Positions 50,001 through 62,551 of a DNA stretch of 64,000 bases are shown piece after piece. The notes under the pieces are model-generated. The model was not told the DNA's origin, made no database searches, and worked only from the letters and a program-made list of their open reading frames with translations. The DNA is from Vitrella brassicaformis CCMP3155 (lineage: Eukaryota > Protista > Chromerida), in the NCBI GenBank assembly GCA_001179505.1, contig CDMY01000225.1:96379-160378 (forward strand), given 5' to 3'. How positions within the stretch are numbered: position 1 is the stretch's first letter; the number at the start of each line of letters is the position of its first letter. The position numbers and the translations under genes were made by a program.

Positions 50001-50621
50001 GGTGACCGCTGGTCTGGTTGGAGGGAGCTTCAAGCAACGCCGAGGGAACACAAGAGAGATTGACGACGACGACCAAAGGGAGCAACGCTGGACTTCCTGA
50101 GAGCTTAGCTTCCCGGCAGCAGCGGTTTCAGGGAGTACCCTAGGCGGCCTACGCTTCAGCTTTTTTTGGGATTATTGGTTGCAGCGACGGGGCCATGATG
50201 CATCGCGCCAGCTTCCATACCGTCTGCACTGCACGAAATGCACTCCGTCAACCTTTCACTCACAAAAAGAGGCGACTTCAGAAACTTATTTCATGATGAT
50301 CATGGCCTACAGACAGCGTCTGACTCCACAACGTCACATCGCCGCATCTACACCCAGGGCCCGCACACACGCATGCACGGTGCCGGACCGGGGCGGCTGA
50401 GGGCCTACAGGCTGAGGGCCTACAGGCGCCCTCACCACGACACCAAAAACTGCGCAGTGGCACGCACACAGGCAGAAAACCACACTTGGCACGGCGTAGT
50501 AGCCCTACGAAGCCAACATAACATCACAGACACGCTACGGAAACCGCTCTCGGCTGTGACTACTGAGACGAGAGAGCTGTCCTGTCCTCCCCTTCCCTCA
50601 TTGTTTCATTGGTCCATTCCT

Positions 50622-50702
50622 TCATTTGGGGTCATAGACGAGCGGTGCATTCGGCCAGTCGGCGCCAAAGGCGAGACTCTGCAGAACCACACACACAGAC
50701 AC

Positions 50703-50735
<33 letters not shown>

Positions 50736-50968
50736 GAAGGACAGTCACACCTTCCCCCTCAGATGCAGCAGTGCTGGTGCATCGGCTGCCCACCTGCATT
50801 CGGGTGACGTATTCCTTGAGGTTGGGGTATTCCTTGGTCATGAGTGTATGGAAGATGCTGTCCTCTCGGAACAGCATGCACTGCTGCAGCGCGGCGAACA
50901 CGTGGGCGTCGACCGTCGTCACGCTGTCGCCCATCATGTACTTCTTCTTGCCTGACACACACAGCCAT

Positions 50969-50999
<31 letters not shown>

Positions 51000-52217
51000 G
51001 ACACACCACCATCGGTTGCCGCGAACACCACCAAGTGTTGCGTCTGGTGTGTTTGGCTGACCGAGTATGTTAGCGAATGCCTTGAGGTCGTCCCGGATGA
51101 TTTCTTCCTTCTCCTGCTTGTCGAACCGGCCGTAGCCCAGGCCGTAAAGTAGTTTCTTGACCCGGGGGAGGACGAACAGCAGGAAGGGCACCATCAGCAG
51201 CGCCTTCTTCCACCCAGTGATGCCGACCACCTCCGCGAACCGGTCCAGGTCCGAGAAAAAGCGATAGTCGACGATCGGCCTGCAGCGCAGATCAGTGGCA
51301 CATACCACATACCACACCGCACAGGCACCTGTGCGTTCGTGTGTGTGTGTGTGGCGAGGGTGGTTTACCAGATGAAGTGTTCGTTGGTCATCCTCATGAG
51401 TGCGTGTGCGGTGGCGAGCTGCTCGGGAGTCAGCTTGTCGTCCAACTTGACGTTGAAGTCCTTCGTCAGGCGCTGGATGCAGAGCACTACAAAGGGGGCG
51501 ACACACACGTGTCCCACTCAATGTCGCCACTGGCCTGTCTGTCTGTCTGTCTGTCTGGATGGATTGCATACCCGAGTCGGCCACTTCTTCGCCCTTCCAC
51601 ATCATCCAGGGCTTCTTGGCCTGGATACATGTGACAGGCGACCGACATCGACATTGACATCTGTGTCGGTATGTACCACCTCGCTCCCTCCTCTCCCTCC
51701 CATCCCTCTCGCGCTTACGTGCTTCTTGCTCATCGGGCCCTCCGTCTCGAGGCGATACGGGATCTGAGCCCCCCGGCCACGCCACACACGTCAAATCACA
51801 CACCGTCCATCGGTGTTTTCTGTCTGCCTGCGTTCCTCTCTCCCCCGATCTCACTCACTTTGGCGAGTCGCATGAAGACCTCGAGGCGCAGGGCGGGAGG
51901 CGAGACGGAGGGCGTGATATCCTTGCAGCGCCAGAAGCCATGCAGCACCACTCGATCGGCTGATTCCTTCTTCTCCTTCTTCTCCCGCTGCTTGGCCTTG
52001 TACGCCTTGACCAACTTCACTGCACACACACACACCAGTGACACCACACCACAAGGCACATACAGGGCAGATGAACACAGAAATGGCATTCGATTCTCAT
52101 CCCCTTCTGTCCGATGGTGAGGCGCTGACCTGCCAGGTGAAGAGAGGCAGCGGCGCCTACGAGGATGCCGGTCTTCTGGAGCAGGCTCCATTGCTGATCT
52201 GTCAGCTGGATACCCAT
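50622..52217 (-). CDS. FAX (failed axon connections)/metaxin-like glutathione S-transferase-fold protein with N-terminal anchor
   Basis: SVSPPALRLEVFMRLAKIPY...GKKPWMMWKGEEVADS; RDDLKAFANILGKKKYMMGDSVTTVDAHVFAAL; YPNLKEYVTRM. N-terminal hydrophobic segment ILVGAAASLHLAV. Confidence 0.85.
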
Positions 52218-52687
52218 CGTACCGTGGGCACCAATGGATGGATCCGGCGGGACGCCCTGATTCGCCGCAGTCGAATGCTGCAGACAGACAGACGAGAGGG
52301 AAAGGCGGTCTTACTGCATTGCTCTGGCTTACATGCTGAGAGAGTGCCGCTTCTTCTTCGACACAAATTTTCTCCGTGAAACGGATGCGTGTCATCGCGA
52401 GCTCGAGCTCGCAGAAACGCCGCTTCCTCATTCTTCGGCCAAATTCGGGGGTTTCTTCTGTTCCCTCATCGTTGGTGCGGCGATCTCTCTATAGGTCCAG
52501 GCGATCAGCTCGATTCCCTAGCGGTTTGGTCGAGGATTTTCATCGCGGGAGGTCGAGGACGTTACCGAGGCTATTGGCTGCACATTTGAGCGACGAGGGG
52601 CGTCAGTGGTGGCCAAAGGATCAATGACATGACGAGTGGCGAGGGTCAGGACGGCCAGTAGGTGCAGTGCATCGCGAGGAGAGCAGA

Positions 52688-55600
52688 ATGTCTCGCCAGG
52701 GGTCCGTCCCGCCCGTGACGCGCCGCTCGGCAGCCGCTGCAAAGAGTGCTGAGGTACCTGAGGCAGCACAGACACAACTTTACGCGTCGCTCCGCAAACA
52801 CACGGCGCTTGCTCTCTCTCTCCTGGCCTGCAGGCAGCTGGCGATGATCATTTTAAGGATGGGGAAGGTACGCAGTGCACTCTGACGCCATGCGCACCTG
52901 ACATAATGTGTATGGGCCATGTGTGTGTTGCCTTCCTGTGTTGGTCAGGTTTGGCTCGGAAGCCCCGCCAGCTGAGGCAGCGTCGTGAGAGGCCATCCCG
53001 GCCCCCCTCGTCTGACGATGCCGTTGCAGCCGCCGACAGCTCCAATGCGCAGCACAGGAGTGATGGCGTCACGACCCGGTCACAGCGAGCGGCCGCCAGC
53101 AATCGGCAGGCAGACGGCGAGTCCGGGAGGCGGCGGAGCACCCGAGTTCGGCAGCGAGCGGCGGCAGCAGCCGATGGCGACATGCACGACGATAGCGAGG
53201 GCGGCCGCGACGAGTGCGCTGAGGAGATGGTGGTGGATGATGGGGAGAAGGAGGCTGGTGCCAGTGACAACCACACTGACAATCCCAAAGATGGCGACAG
53301 CAGTGAGATGGGTCGTGGCGTCAGCCACGTCGGCCAGCGCAAGCCATCCGGCGGCGATTCAACACCCTCGGCAAGGGACGACAAACAACACGCCAGCAGC
53401 AAGCGCAGACAGGAGGCCAAGGCCACATCGGCCATGTTGCCGCCGCAGGGCGAGCCTGCGGTGGCCAAGTCGAGCAGGATGCTGGAGGTGCACAAGGAGA
53501 TCACCACCAGCATGCTGCGCGAGTCAATTCAAGAGCCGGGCGGCCAGGCCGCCGGGGCGTCGAGTGGTGCGGAGGCGAATTCGAAAAAGAGCGAAAGGGG
53601 CGGGGAGAGGGCCGCAGCTGCAGCTGCGGCGCAGAGTGGCGAGAAGGGGCAGCAGATGGGCCTGATGGTGAGCAAACAGCACAGGAAGCGTGTGGCAATC
53701 AATGCGCACAGCTCTTGAGTGAGATGTGTCTCGTGCCTTTTTGTGTGTGCATGCAGGAGAGGGCGGATTTAAGTCGGCAGCTGGTTGAGCTGCGCAACAG
53801 GTCGGCCACCATGCAGCACGAGACCGACTTCCTAATTCAGGTGCGCAGAAAGAAAGCCGAGCGACAGCAAAGGCGAAACGGTGTCAACCAGAGATCTGAC
53901 TGACACTCATTGCGTGCATCCCGATCTTCTCTCGTCGCATGTTCAGAGCAAGGACCGAATGCGCAAACTGCTCGCGCAGGAGGAGGACATCGGTGCGCCT
54001 ACACAACCTCGACACACACACACACACACACACACGTCTTACTGAAGGCACCCAATACCTTTCCGTGCCCTTGTATCTCTTGCCTCAAATCAGTTGCGGC
54101 GAGTCAGGGCTCCGATAAGGAGAGGGAGGGCGAGATGAAGACGCACCTCTCCCAGATGTATCGCGCCAGACCCCTCTACCACCCACCAGGCGCGCTAGCA
54201 GCAGCGGCAGCAGCATCAGCAGGAGGCAGGCACGACTCCCCCGTCGCCGCAGCAGCGCGCAAGAAGAAGCTCCCCTCTCCCGGCCCCTCTGACAGCGACA
54301 TCCGCGCGCAGCAGCAGGCGGCCACGGCCAAGCGTCGGAAGCAGCAGCAGCAGGTGGCCCCCATGCCGCCCCTCCCCACCCTCCCCAACCGCTTCCTCTT
54401 CTCGCGGGACATCCGCATGCCGCAACACAACAGATCCGCAGAGGAGGACAAAAGCAGGGGCCCTGGCGGCAAGCGCGAGTCGGTCGCCAACATGATGGGC
54501 GGGATTCGCTTCATTGCCGGGGGCATGCCCATCGCACCACCCACAGCAGCCAGAGACCGTCATCCACTGCGGATCGTCCGGCCGCAGGGAGGCGTCAGAC
54601 CGGGCCCCTTCGCCACAGCCACAGGCGCCTCTATCCGCTGCGTGCACATCGACCTCGAGAAGGACCAGGAGATGGAGATGGACGACGAAGACGACACCGA
54701 GTCTGTCGACCCTCCCCCCCTCGACAAGCGCCTCCCACTGTGGGATGAAGCCGAGATGCGGCAGCGCCGGGTGGCCATGTCGATGCTGGTGGGCGACTGG
54801 GCGTGCAGTCACCCGCCGCCCGGCAGGACCGAGTCAGACCCACAGTCGTCAGATGACGACAGCGAGGCGGATAGAGAGGCGGGGGGGCTGCCCGCCGGCT
54901 TCAAGCCACCGTTCCCTCTGCTCGATGGTTCTGTCGTGCGGGAGGGAGGGGGTCATGGCGATGAGAGGGAAGGGGAGAGAGAGAGGGAGGGGGAGGGAGG
55001 GGCAGATGAGGGCGCTGCTTCTGGTGGTGGTGGTGGGGATGCTGGTGGTGACGATAGCGAGATGCATCAGTGGCTGGAAGGAGGTGGGGCAGGCCGACAC
55101 GACACTCACAGGCAGACAGGCAGATAGACAGAGATCGGTCCTCTTCCTGGCCGAACGAACCCCTGTTCGTCACACATTGTGTGTCTGGTGTGATTGGTTC
55201 AGTTGCGAAGCCGCTGGAGTACCCGCCAGCAGAGACCATTCGCACGCCAGCCAAGGTGAGGCCACCCTGTGCACAGGCCAAGTCCAACACACACTCACAC
55301 ACACTGCATTATGCCGGTTGTGCGCAGTTGGTTCCGTCTCTTCTCACCTGTTGGGACTGGTGCTGCACGGCAAGGTGGGCCACACGGCACCCGACACACG
55401 CGCAGACAGACACATAGAGGTGGCCAAAAGTGGAGGGAAGGCAGTCGGTAGCGAAAGGGTCAGTACATGAGTGGCCTCGACATGTGGCGCTTGGTGGTTT
55501 GCCCGAGAGGTTAAGGGGTTGGACTTGAAATCCAATGGGCCTCGCCCGCGCAGGTTCGAGCCCTGCAGCCGCCGCGTATGACTCTAGGGTTTCTGGGGTT

Positions 55601-55697
55601 ACAGGGTTCCACCTGGCCTGGGGGGGCCGTTTTGTGACCTCCGTGTCCTTCATGCGATCGTGGATTGTTCTCATTTCTGTCTGTCTTTGTTCTCTGC

Positions 55698-55728
<31 letters not shown>

Positions 55729-58700
55729 TGCAGTGACTTGTTGGAGCTGCCTGTGTTGAGCCTTGAAGAGTTCGAGGCGGCCATCTTTGAGGAGGACTCG
55801 CCCTACGTGCACGCCCTCTCCATGCTCCTTCTCAGGATGATCGCTATCGACTGGTCGGCTCTCTCTCCCTCTCTCTCATTCACACAAGGAGGGAGAGACC
55901 TTCATGCCAGTCGTGTGTGTTGTGATTTGTTGCGTGCGCAGGACGGGAGAGGGCGCGAGTTACTTCAACGTGAAGCCCCTCAACTACCTCTGCTGGGTCT
56001 CACATGCGCGAGAGGTATGCAACCAAACACATACAGACACACACATACACACACATACACATAGCACATCTGCTGCTGTCTGTCTGGGTCAGCACGTGTC
56101 GGAGCACCTCAAGCACCGGCGGAACCTGCTCACAGAGGTAAGCGGCGCGACGCACACACACACGGCCACACAGACGTGTGTGTCTGTGTTTTGGTGCGCA
56201 GGACGAGCAGGGCGGGCTCCAACGGCTGGTTGATGAGCTCGCGTCGGGCGACTACACACAAATATCACCCGAAGGTATACACGCACACACAGGTGCGATA
56301 GAAGGCCACATATGTGTGTGTATGTGCCAGTGCGTATCGAGTTGCTGGCGCTGCTCGTCGACCATGCCACAGAGACGGCCGTCTTCAGGTACACACCATG
56401 GCTGACATACTGGTAGTGCTGGGTGTGGCTCACTCCACCACCCACCCTGTCACCCTGTGTGTGTGCAGGACATACACGGAGATGTGCCAGATTCGCCTCG
56501 ACCATCTCAAAGCGGTAAGGCACACAAAACACCACCCCACCGCCAGCACAAGGTGAGTGCTCTGGCTGCGTGAGTGCAGGAGGCGGCCCGTCACCGTGAT
56601 CGGCTCATCGCCAACCAGAAGGACATCAGACACATACGTGTACGCCTCCACACCTACACACTCACACACTCATACTCGCCTGCACAAGATAAGATGCACA
56701 CCTCTACCACTCTTCCCATATGCAGGCCTTCATCCTTTGCCGTCTGCCCAAGGATCAGCACGAGAGGGTCCGGCAGCTCCACGCGGCAGCACAGGACAGA
56801 TACAAAGCCGCACTCAAGGCCCACCGACGCCGCACTGACCCATTCACGCCGGCCAGCCCGACTGAGGGAGACACACGAGACCACAAGATGGCCGGCGGCG
56901 ATGAGCATCCTCAGCAGATGATGAACGGGGCCTGCGGCGCTGAGGCAGATGCAGATGGGGAGGGGGACGGCATCATTGCAGAGGACGCCTGTGCGACGTC
57001 TGCGGCTACCCAGAACCACCACCACCACCACGAGCAGCAACATGACGGTCGGCAAAGCAAGAACGGCGCGCCGGTGGGGGCGGTCAAGGACGAGGCGAGA
57101 GGGGGTCCGGGAGGTGCCGGCGAGGCTGGCGCTGAGGTGGGTGGTGGGATGGCCTCGGATCAGCCGCCAAGGCCCGAGGACTTCGAGCCGACACTCGATG
57201 AGCTCGTGGGCGACATGCAGCTTGACCCACTGATGGGTGAGCACACAGACGGAAATATGTGTGTGTGGATGATGACGTTGTATCATGGTTGTTGGTTCTC
57301 CCTGTGTATGTGCGTGCGTGTGTGGCAGTGGACAAGAAGCGCGCCCACGAGAGGCTGCTGGAGGAGAGAAGCAAGCTCCTGACCATGCTCAAGACATGGG
57401 TACCCAAAGCACATTGCACTCACGAAGACGCAGAAGCATGATCATCATTCCCCTCTCTCTTGCCGTCTCTCTCGTGTGTGTGTATGTCTTCGTCACCTTT
57501 GCCTGCAGGACTCTCAGCTGCCCCGGCTGCATGGCTCCATGGGCCAGCGCACCGACCCTCTCGGCCGCGACCGCGACGGCAACATGTACTGGCACCTCAG
57601 GAGCGACTCCAACTGGCTCTTCGTCGAGCAGGCCACCGCCATCCCCACCACACACAAGAACACCCCCGCCATCTGCCACTCGGGATTCCCCCTCCCCGCC
57701 GGCCACGTGCTGCCTGCAAGGCTGCTGTGTCAGCGGTATCTCGCAGAGGCCGACAAGACACACACACAACAGGATGATGACCCACAGCCATCCTCACAGC
57801 AGCCTGAGCCCTCCCCACTGGAGCTCAATGGCGTCGAACCAGACGCACCTGTCCCCGCCCCCGCCTCACCTGCGCCACCAATCGAGCCATCCGCCGCTGC
57901 TGGCAGCCCCCCGTCGCCCGCACACCCCTCTGCCCATTCTGGCCGCCATGGCCGCAACCCGCGGTCGCACTCGCCCGGACTGAAGCGATCGGCAGGGTCG
58001 TCAAGGCGGCATCAGCACCACGCCAAGATCGAGAGAAAGAGAAGCCAGCAGTCGTTGGGCGGCCGGCCCGGCCACACTGCGGCGCCGCCCCGGAGCGATT
58101 CGGCCGCTTTGAGGGAGCGGACGACCAAGTGGCTGCTCTACAAGGACGGCAAGAGCATCGCGGGGGTCGTTGGGACGCTGTCTGACAGCATCCCTGAGGA
58201 GAGGCGGCTCAAGCGGCGCCTCCGTCGGGGCATGACACAGCCGTCCATCTGCCGGATGTCGCCACACAAGACGCCGGCGTGGTGTGTCCGCAACTTCCCT
58301 TCACGAGCCAGACAGGTCAGCCAGCCGGGTGACGCCACTGCCTCAACAGGGTGGTGCAATCAATGCTCACTCTCTCCTTGATCCCTTGTGTTGCCTTCTG
58401 CAGCAATATCTGCGGCTGAATCGTATCCTAACCAACGTGACGCCCACTTCCTCTCAGGCCGCAGGCAGCGGTGACGCCGAGGTGCTGGAGTGTCCTGTGT
58501 GTGGCGACATCTGGTTTTCGCACCAGTACCACTGCCCCCGGTCTCACGTGACGGTCGATCGAGAGGCGGCCGAGGCGCACGAGGCTGAGTGGGGGGCCAA
58601 GGGTGGCGGCGGTGGTGGTGTGCCTGAGGTCTCTCTGGTGTTATGGCGGCTCAAGCAGGAGCTGCTGCTCATCGAGAAGGTCGCCACCAAACACCCCATC

Positions 58701-60194
58701 AGAGGACCCTTGTGGCCAGAAATGAGAGACAGATGGTCAGTGGCAAGGAGACAGGCAGACAGGCAGACAGCATCCGATCAGCATCTCTCCATGCCTCATT
58801 CATTCAGGCTCAGGAAGGTCAAGCACGCCCAGTCGCTCCGCAACGTGACGGTGGCCGCAGCCGACGACGACGACACCATGGATGACGGCCAGGGACAGGC
58901 ACACGGCGAGGCTGACGATCACGACCACAGCCATACCGTCGACCCCTCCCCAGTGCTGCAAGATGACAGCGACGCCAGAGACAAAGACAACATCGATGCA
59001 GAGGAGGACCACCACGGCAGCATGGACGTCGATGAGGTCCACGAGGACGACAAAGCCGACGAGGACGAGGCTGTGGTGGTCGACATCGTCAAGACCACCG
59101 AAGGCCGCAGCCGGCGCAGAGCAGCCCCGCCCCCCGGCGCCTTCAGGGAGATGAATGCCCCCTCGGCCGCATCGATGCTCGTGGTCAGTGGCAATTCAAT
59201 GTCCACGCGACGGTCTCGCCACCAGGACCACAGCGCTGATGATGTGTGGGAGGACGCCGGGCCCCCCCTGGAGCTCAAGCCCACCACTAGCGGCAGCGGC
59301 AGCGGCAAGACGGCCAATCGGCCCCGTGGGCGGGCCAAGGGGACGTTCAGTCTCGACGTGGATGCCGGCGTGTCAGTTGGGCTGGTGGAGTGCGCGTGGG
59401 TGCTGATGCATCACCTGGACCTCACGCCGGCCAGTGTGGCTGCCTGGTACTCGAAGCCGACCTACTCTGAGTGGGCCTCCATCAAGACCACCGGCAAGTT
59501 TGCCTACCAGCTGTACGTCCTCGACCGCGCCCTGCTGTATGTGGGCGTTCCAGGCAAGCCGTCCATGCCGTCCTACGCGCCGGACAACAATTTCACGCCC
59601 TCATTCTTCGGCGAGTTCGAGCCCTCGACCATCCCACGATGGTGCACCGACGCCCGCAGTCTGTTGTCGTTGCTGCCGACGCTATCGAATCCCTGGATCG
59701 GCAGGGAGGGCTATGAGAAGCTGGGTGTGGGCAAGTCGGCCGGCAATGCGCTCAAGATATGGGGGACGGAGAGGGGTATTCGGGAGAGCGGCCTGGGGGA
59801 TCGGACCAGCACCCCAGCACCGGCTAAACCGATACACAAGCGACCTCATGTGGTGCCCCCGATGCCGCTGATCAACCGGTCTACCTCCCAGCCGCTGATC
59901 AACCCGCTCCCGAGCCCGAGCCGCCCTGCTATTGACATCGGGATGCCCTTGTCTATGCGTGGGGCGCGCGGGCCCGCGCAACGGCGGAGAGAAGAGCCGT
60001 CAGCCTCGTCGGCATCTTCTGCGGCGAGGGCGAGGGAGAGAGGCGGTATCCACCGGCACCACAGCATGCCCCTGATGCCGCCCATGGTGCACCTGCCGCC
60101 CCCGCCCCACTGGCGGCCCCCTCCGGCACACTACCCCTACCACACACCACACCCCGGCACGGCCTTCTACCCACAGCCTTACAGGCTCACCTGA
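52688..60194 (+). CDS. DDT plus WHIM/WSD chromatin-remodelling partner, RINGLET (RLT)-like
   Basis: DDT: LLTCWDWCCTASDLLELPVLSLEEFEAAIFEEDSPYVHALSMLLLR. WHIM1-like: DYTQISPE...LLVDHATETAVFR. WSD: RTDPLGRDRDGNMYW. Also KWLLYKD...LSDSIPEERRLK and CPVCGDIWFSHQYHCPRSHVT. Confidence 0.8.
55493..55574 (+). tRNA. trnS(UGA): tRNA-Ser, anticodon UGA
   Basis: 82 nt. Acceptor stem GGTGGTT/AGCCGCC, anticodon arm TTGGA-CTTGAAA-TCCAA, long variable arm GGGC-CTC-GCCC, T arm GCAGG-TTCGAGC-CCTGC, discriminator G. Confidence 0.95.
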
Positions 60195-60837
60195 CCTGAC
60201 TTCTAATGGGTGTTGTTTGCTGCTGGTCGTCTGTCTGCTGCGAGTTGATTGAGATGTGGCCTTCGTATACGGGAAGAGTACATGGGCGGCATGGCTGGGT
60301 GGCTAGATGTGTCTCCACTGTCTGTGGAGTCCGAAAGAGACGATTTATGTGTGTGGCTGCATAGCGGGAGTAGTATAGCGTGCCGTGATTGGGCAACGGC
60401 TAAGCGAGGTTCTTTGTGGTCGGGTACGGGTACCTTATCTCTCTCGCTCTCCAGAGCTGCTATCGTAGGACGGACAAATAACAACTCACTGATCGATGTC
60501 ATGCACACACCCATGGATGAATGGATGTCGTCGATGGAGTCACAGAGACATGATACACACACACACACACACACACGCTGCCGGCTCGCTGATGAATTCC
60601 AGTTCCATCACACCCAAGCAATCACTAGGGATCGAAAACACGCCAGCGGCCACTCGCCCGCATATGGCATTACCCTAGAAGAGCCAGCCTTGCAAAAGCG
60701 CTGTCTCCGGCCCAGACGCACACCCGCCTGCCTTTGCGCGTGGTGATAGAGCCGCACACCGACAGACAGACACAGACCGTTGGCTGCCTCGCCGCCCTCC
60801 ATACCTCCCTCCGTCCCCGCCCCTCTCCGCCCACCAG

Positions 60838-62167
60838 TCATCGCTGTTCGGCGCCGGCCTGCTTGACCTGTTTCCTCCGCCGCTCGCGCATCTTCTGGCC
60901 GTCCCATTTGCCCTTCCTGATGTCCTTGATGGCACGGTGCATGTCTCTCTCCATGTCTGTGAGGACGGCCGCCCTTCTCGCGTCGTCGTGGCTGGACAGG
61001 TGTCGCAGGAACATGCCGTCCCACCCGTGGAAGGCGCTGTAGTGGACGACGCGGATGAAGGGTCGGTAGAGGGGCATGACGCACTGCCAGAGGACGTTCT
61101 GCGATGGGGGGTGCTGCCGCGCCATGTCCTTGCAGGTGCTGAGGGCGAACTTGAGCCACTTCTTGACGATCTCGCGGGTGGTGGCCGTGTTGCGCATGAT
61201 CATCACCCCGGCGTTGGGCCGCTCGCGGCGCAGCATGCAGGACCATGAGTGCGGGCAGTCGTTGGGCATCATCAGCATGTACCTGGGCGGCTCGTTCTGG
61301 CCCTCTGCATCATCATCATGCGACAGGAAGGACAACATAGTGAATGAGACGTGGGTGGGTTGTGTCATTGTGTCATTGTGTCATTGTGTGTTGTTTGTTT
61401 CAGTCGCGTGCCTGCCGTGCCTGGTGCGGCGGGTTCTCCGTATTCGACTAGGTCTTCTATGCGTATGGAGGGGTCGAGGATGCCCGTGTCCGTATCCACA
61501 TAGAAGAAAAACTCCACACCGGGATGGGTGCGCTGGAGCTCTGAGAACGATACATACACCAACATACATACACACAAACAAGACACACAATCCATTCTTC
61601 CCTCTGAGGCAGCCACCTTCGTCTTCGTACCTAGGAAGGCGAATAGCTTGGCGAAGTTGAGGTTCATGCCTCGTGTGGTGACCTGTTCGATGGGCTGGCT
61701 GTTCTGCGTGTCGGTGAAGAGCACATAGTCATAGCCATGGAGGGCCGCGTACTCCCGCCACATCTTCTCGGAGTGCGATGAATACTCAGCCGCCCCGTGC
61801 GTGTAGAACTGATAGATGAGCACGCGAGAGGCCGGCCGCAGCGACTTGGGCACCGTTATCGGCGCGTAGATCATCAGCGAATAGCCTATCATGCCTACGG
61901 GGACCGACAGAAAGGCCGCCAGCCGGATGAAGTTGAGCCTTCGCTTCCATGTCGACTGGCGGAGGATGACGACGAACCAGCAGACGGCCCATCCGAGCAG
62001 AATTACCTCAATCACCGCCCTGCAAAGGGAGAGAAGGGTCACAAGATGCCCAAGATGCCATCCCTGTGTGTGGGTGTGATGAATGCGTCGGCCCACCTGC
62101 TGGGAGATAGCTCGAAGAGTAGGGACGGCTCGCGGAACAGCAGCCGGAACAGAGAGGAAAATGCCAT
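60838..62167 (-). CDS. GT34-like (GMA12/MNN10) glycosyltransferase with two N-terminal TM segments
   Basis: EYAALHGYDY, NFAKLFAF, FFFYVDTDTGILDPSIRIEDLV and PNAGVMIMRN...KKW. Hydrophobic VIEVILLGWAVCWFVVIL and LAAFLSVPVGMIGYSLMIYA. Confidence 0.75.
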
Positions 62168-62551
62168 TCGCGGCGCCTCCTCATGGGCACGTCCATCCGA
62201 TGAACACCTCACACACGCTCATTCCCGATGGAAACACGGACGCATTTGAGGCTTCCCGTCGACTTTCCGCTCTGCAGAATGCACCGCGACGGCAGAAATG
62301 TGCTAATCGCCTGCACTTGCAGCGAGCTCAGAGAGGTGTGAGACCTGTAAACGAACCCGCCGGCGATCGAAATCAATGATTTCGCCGCTTCTGCACTGCT
62401 TCTGCCTCTCCCCCGAGGCCCGAGACGTATTCGTATTGTCCTCCGATTGTCATTCGATTGTTTCTGAATGTTGCATGACTAAAAACCATCATTTGTCGGA
62501 CCCGTCTTCTCTCGTCCACACAACAGTCGCTCAGTCACAAGTCAACCACAT

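Noticed and set aside
55526-55528. tRNA with TGA read as a selenocysteine or suppressor tRNA
   Set aside because: TGA is the anticodon (reads UCA, Ser). A Sec or opal suppressor would have anticodon TCA, and the 82-nt 7/5 structure is ordinary tRNA-Ser.
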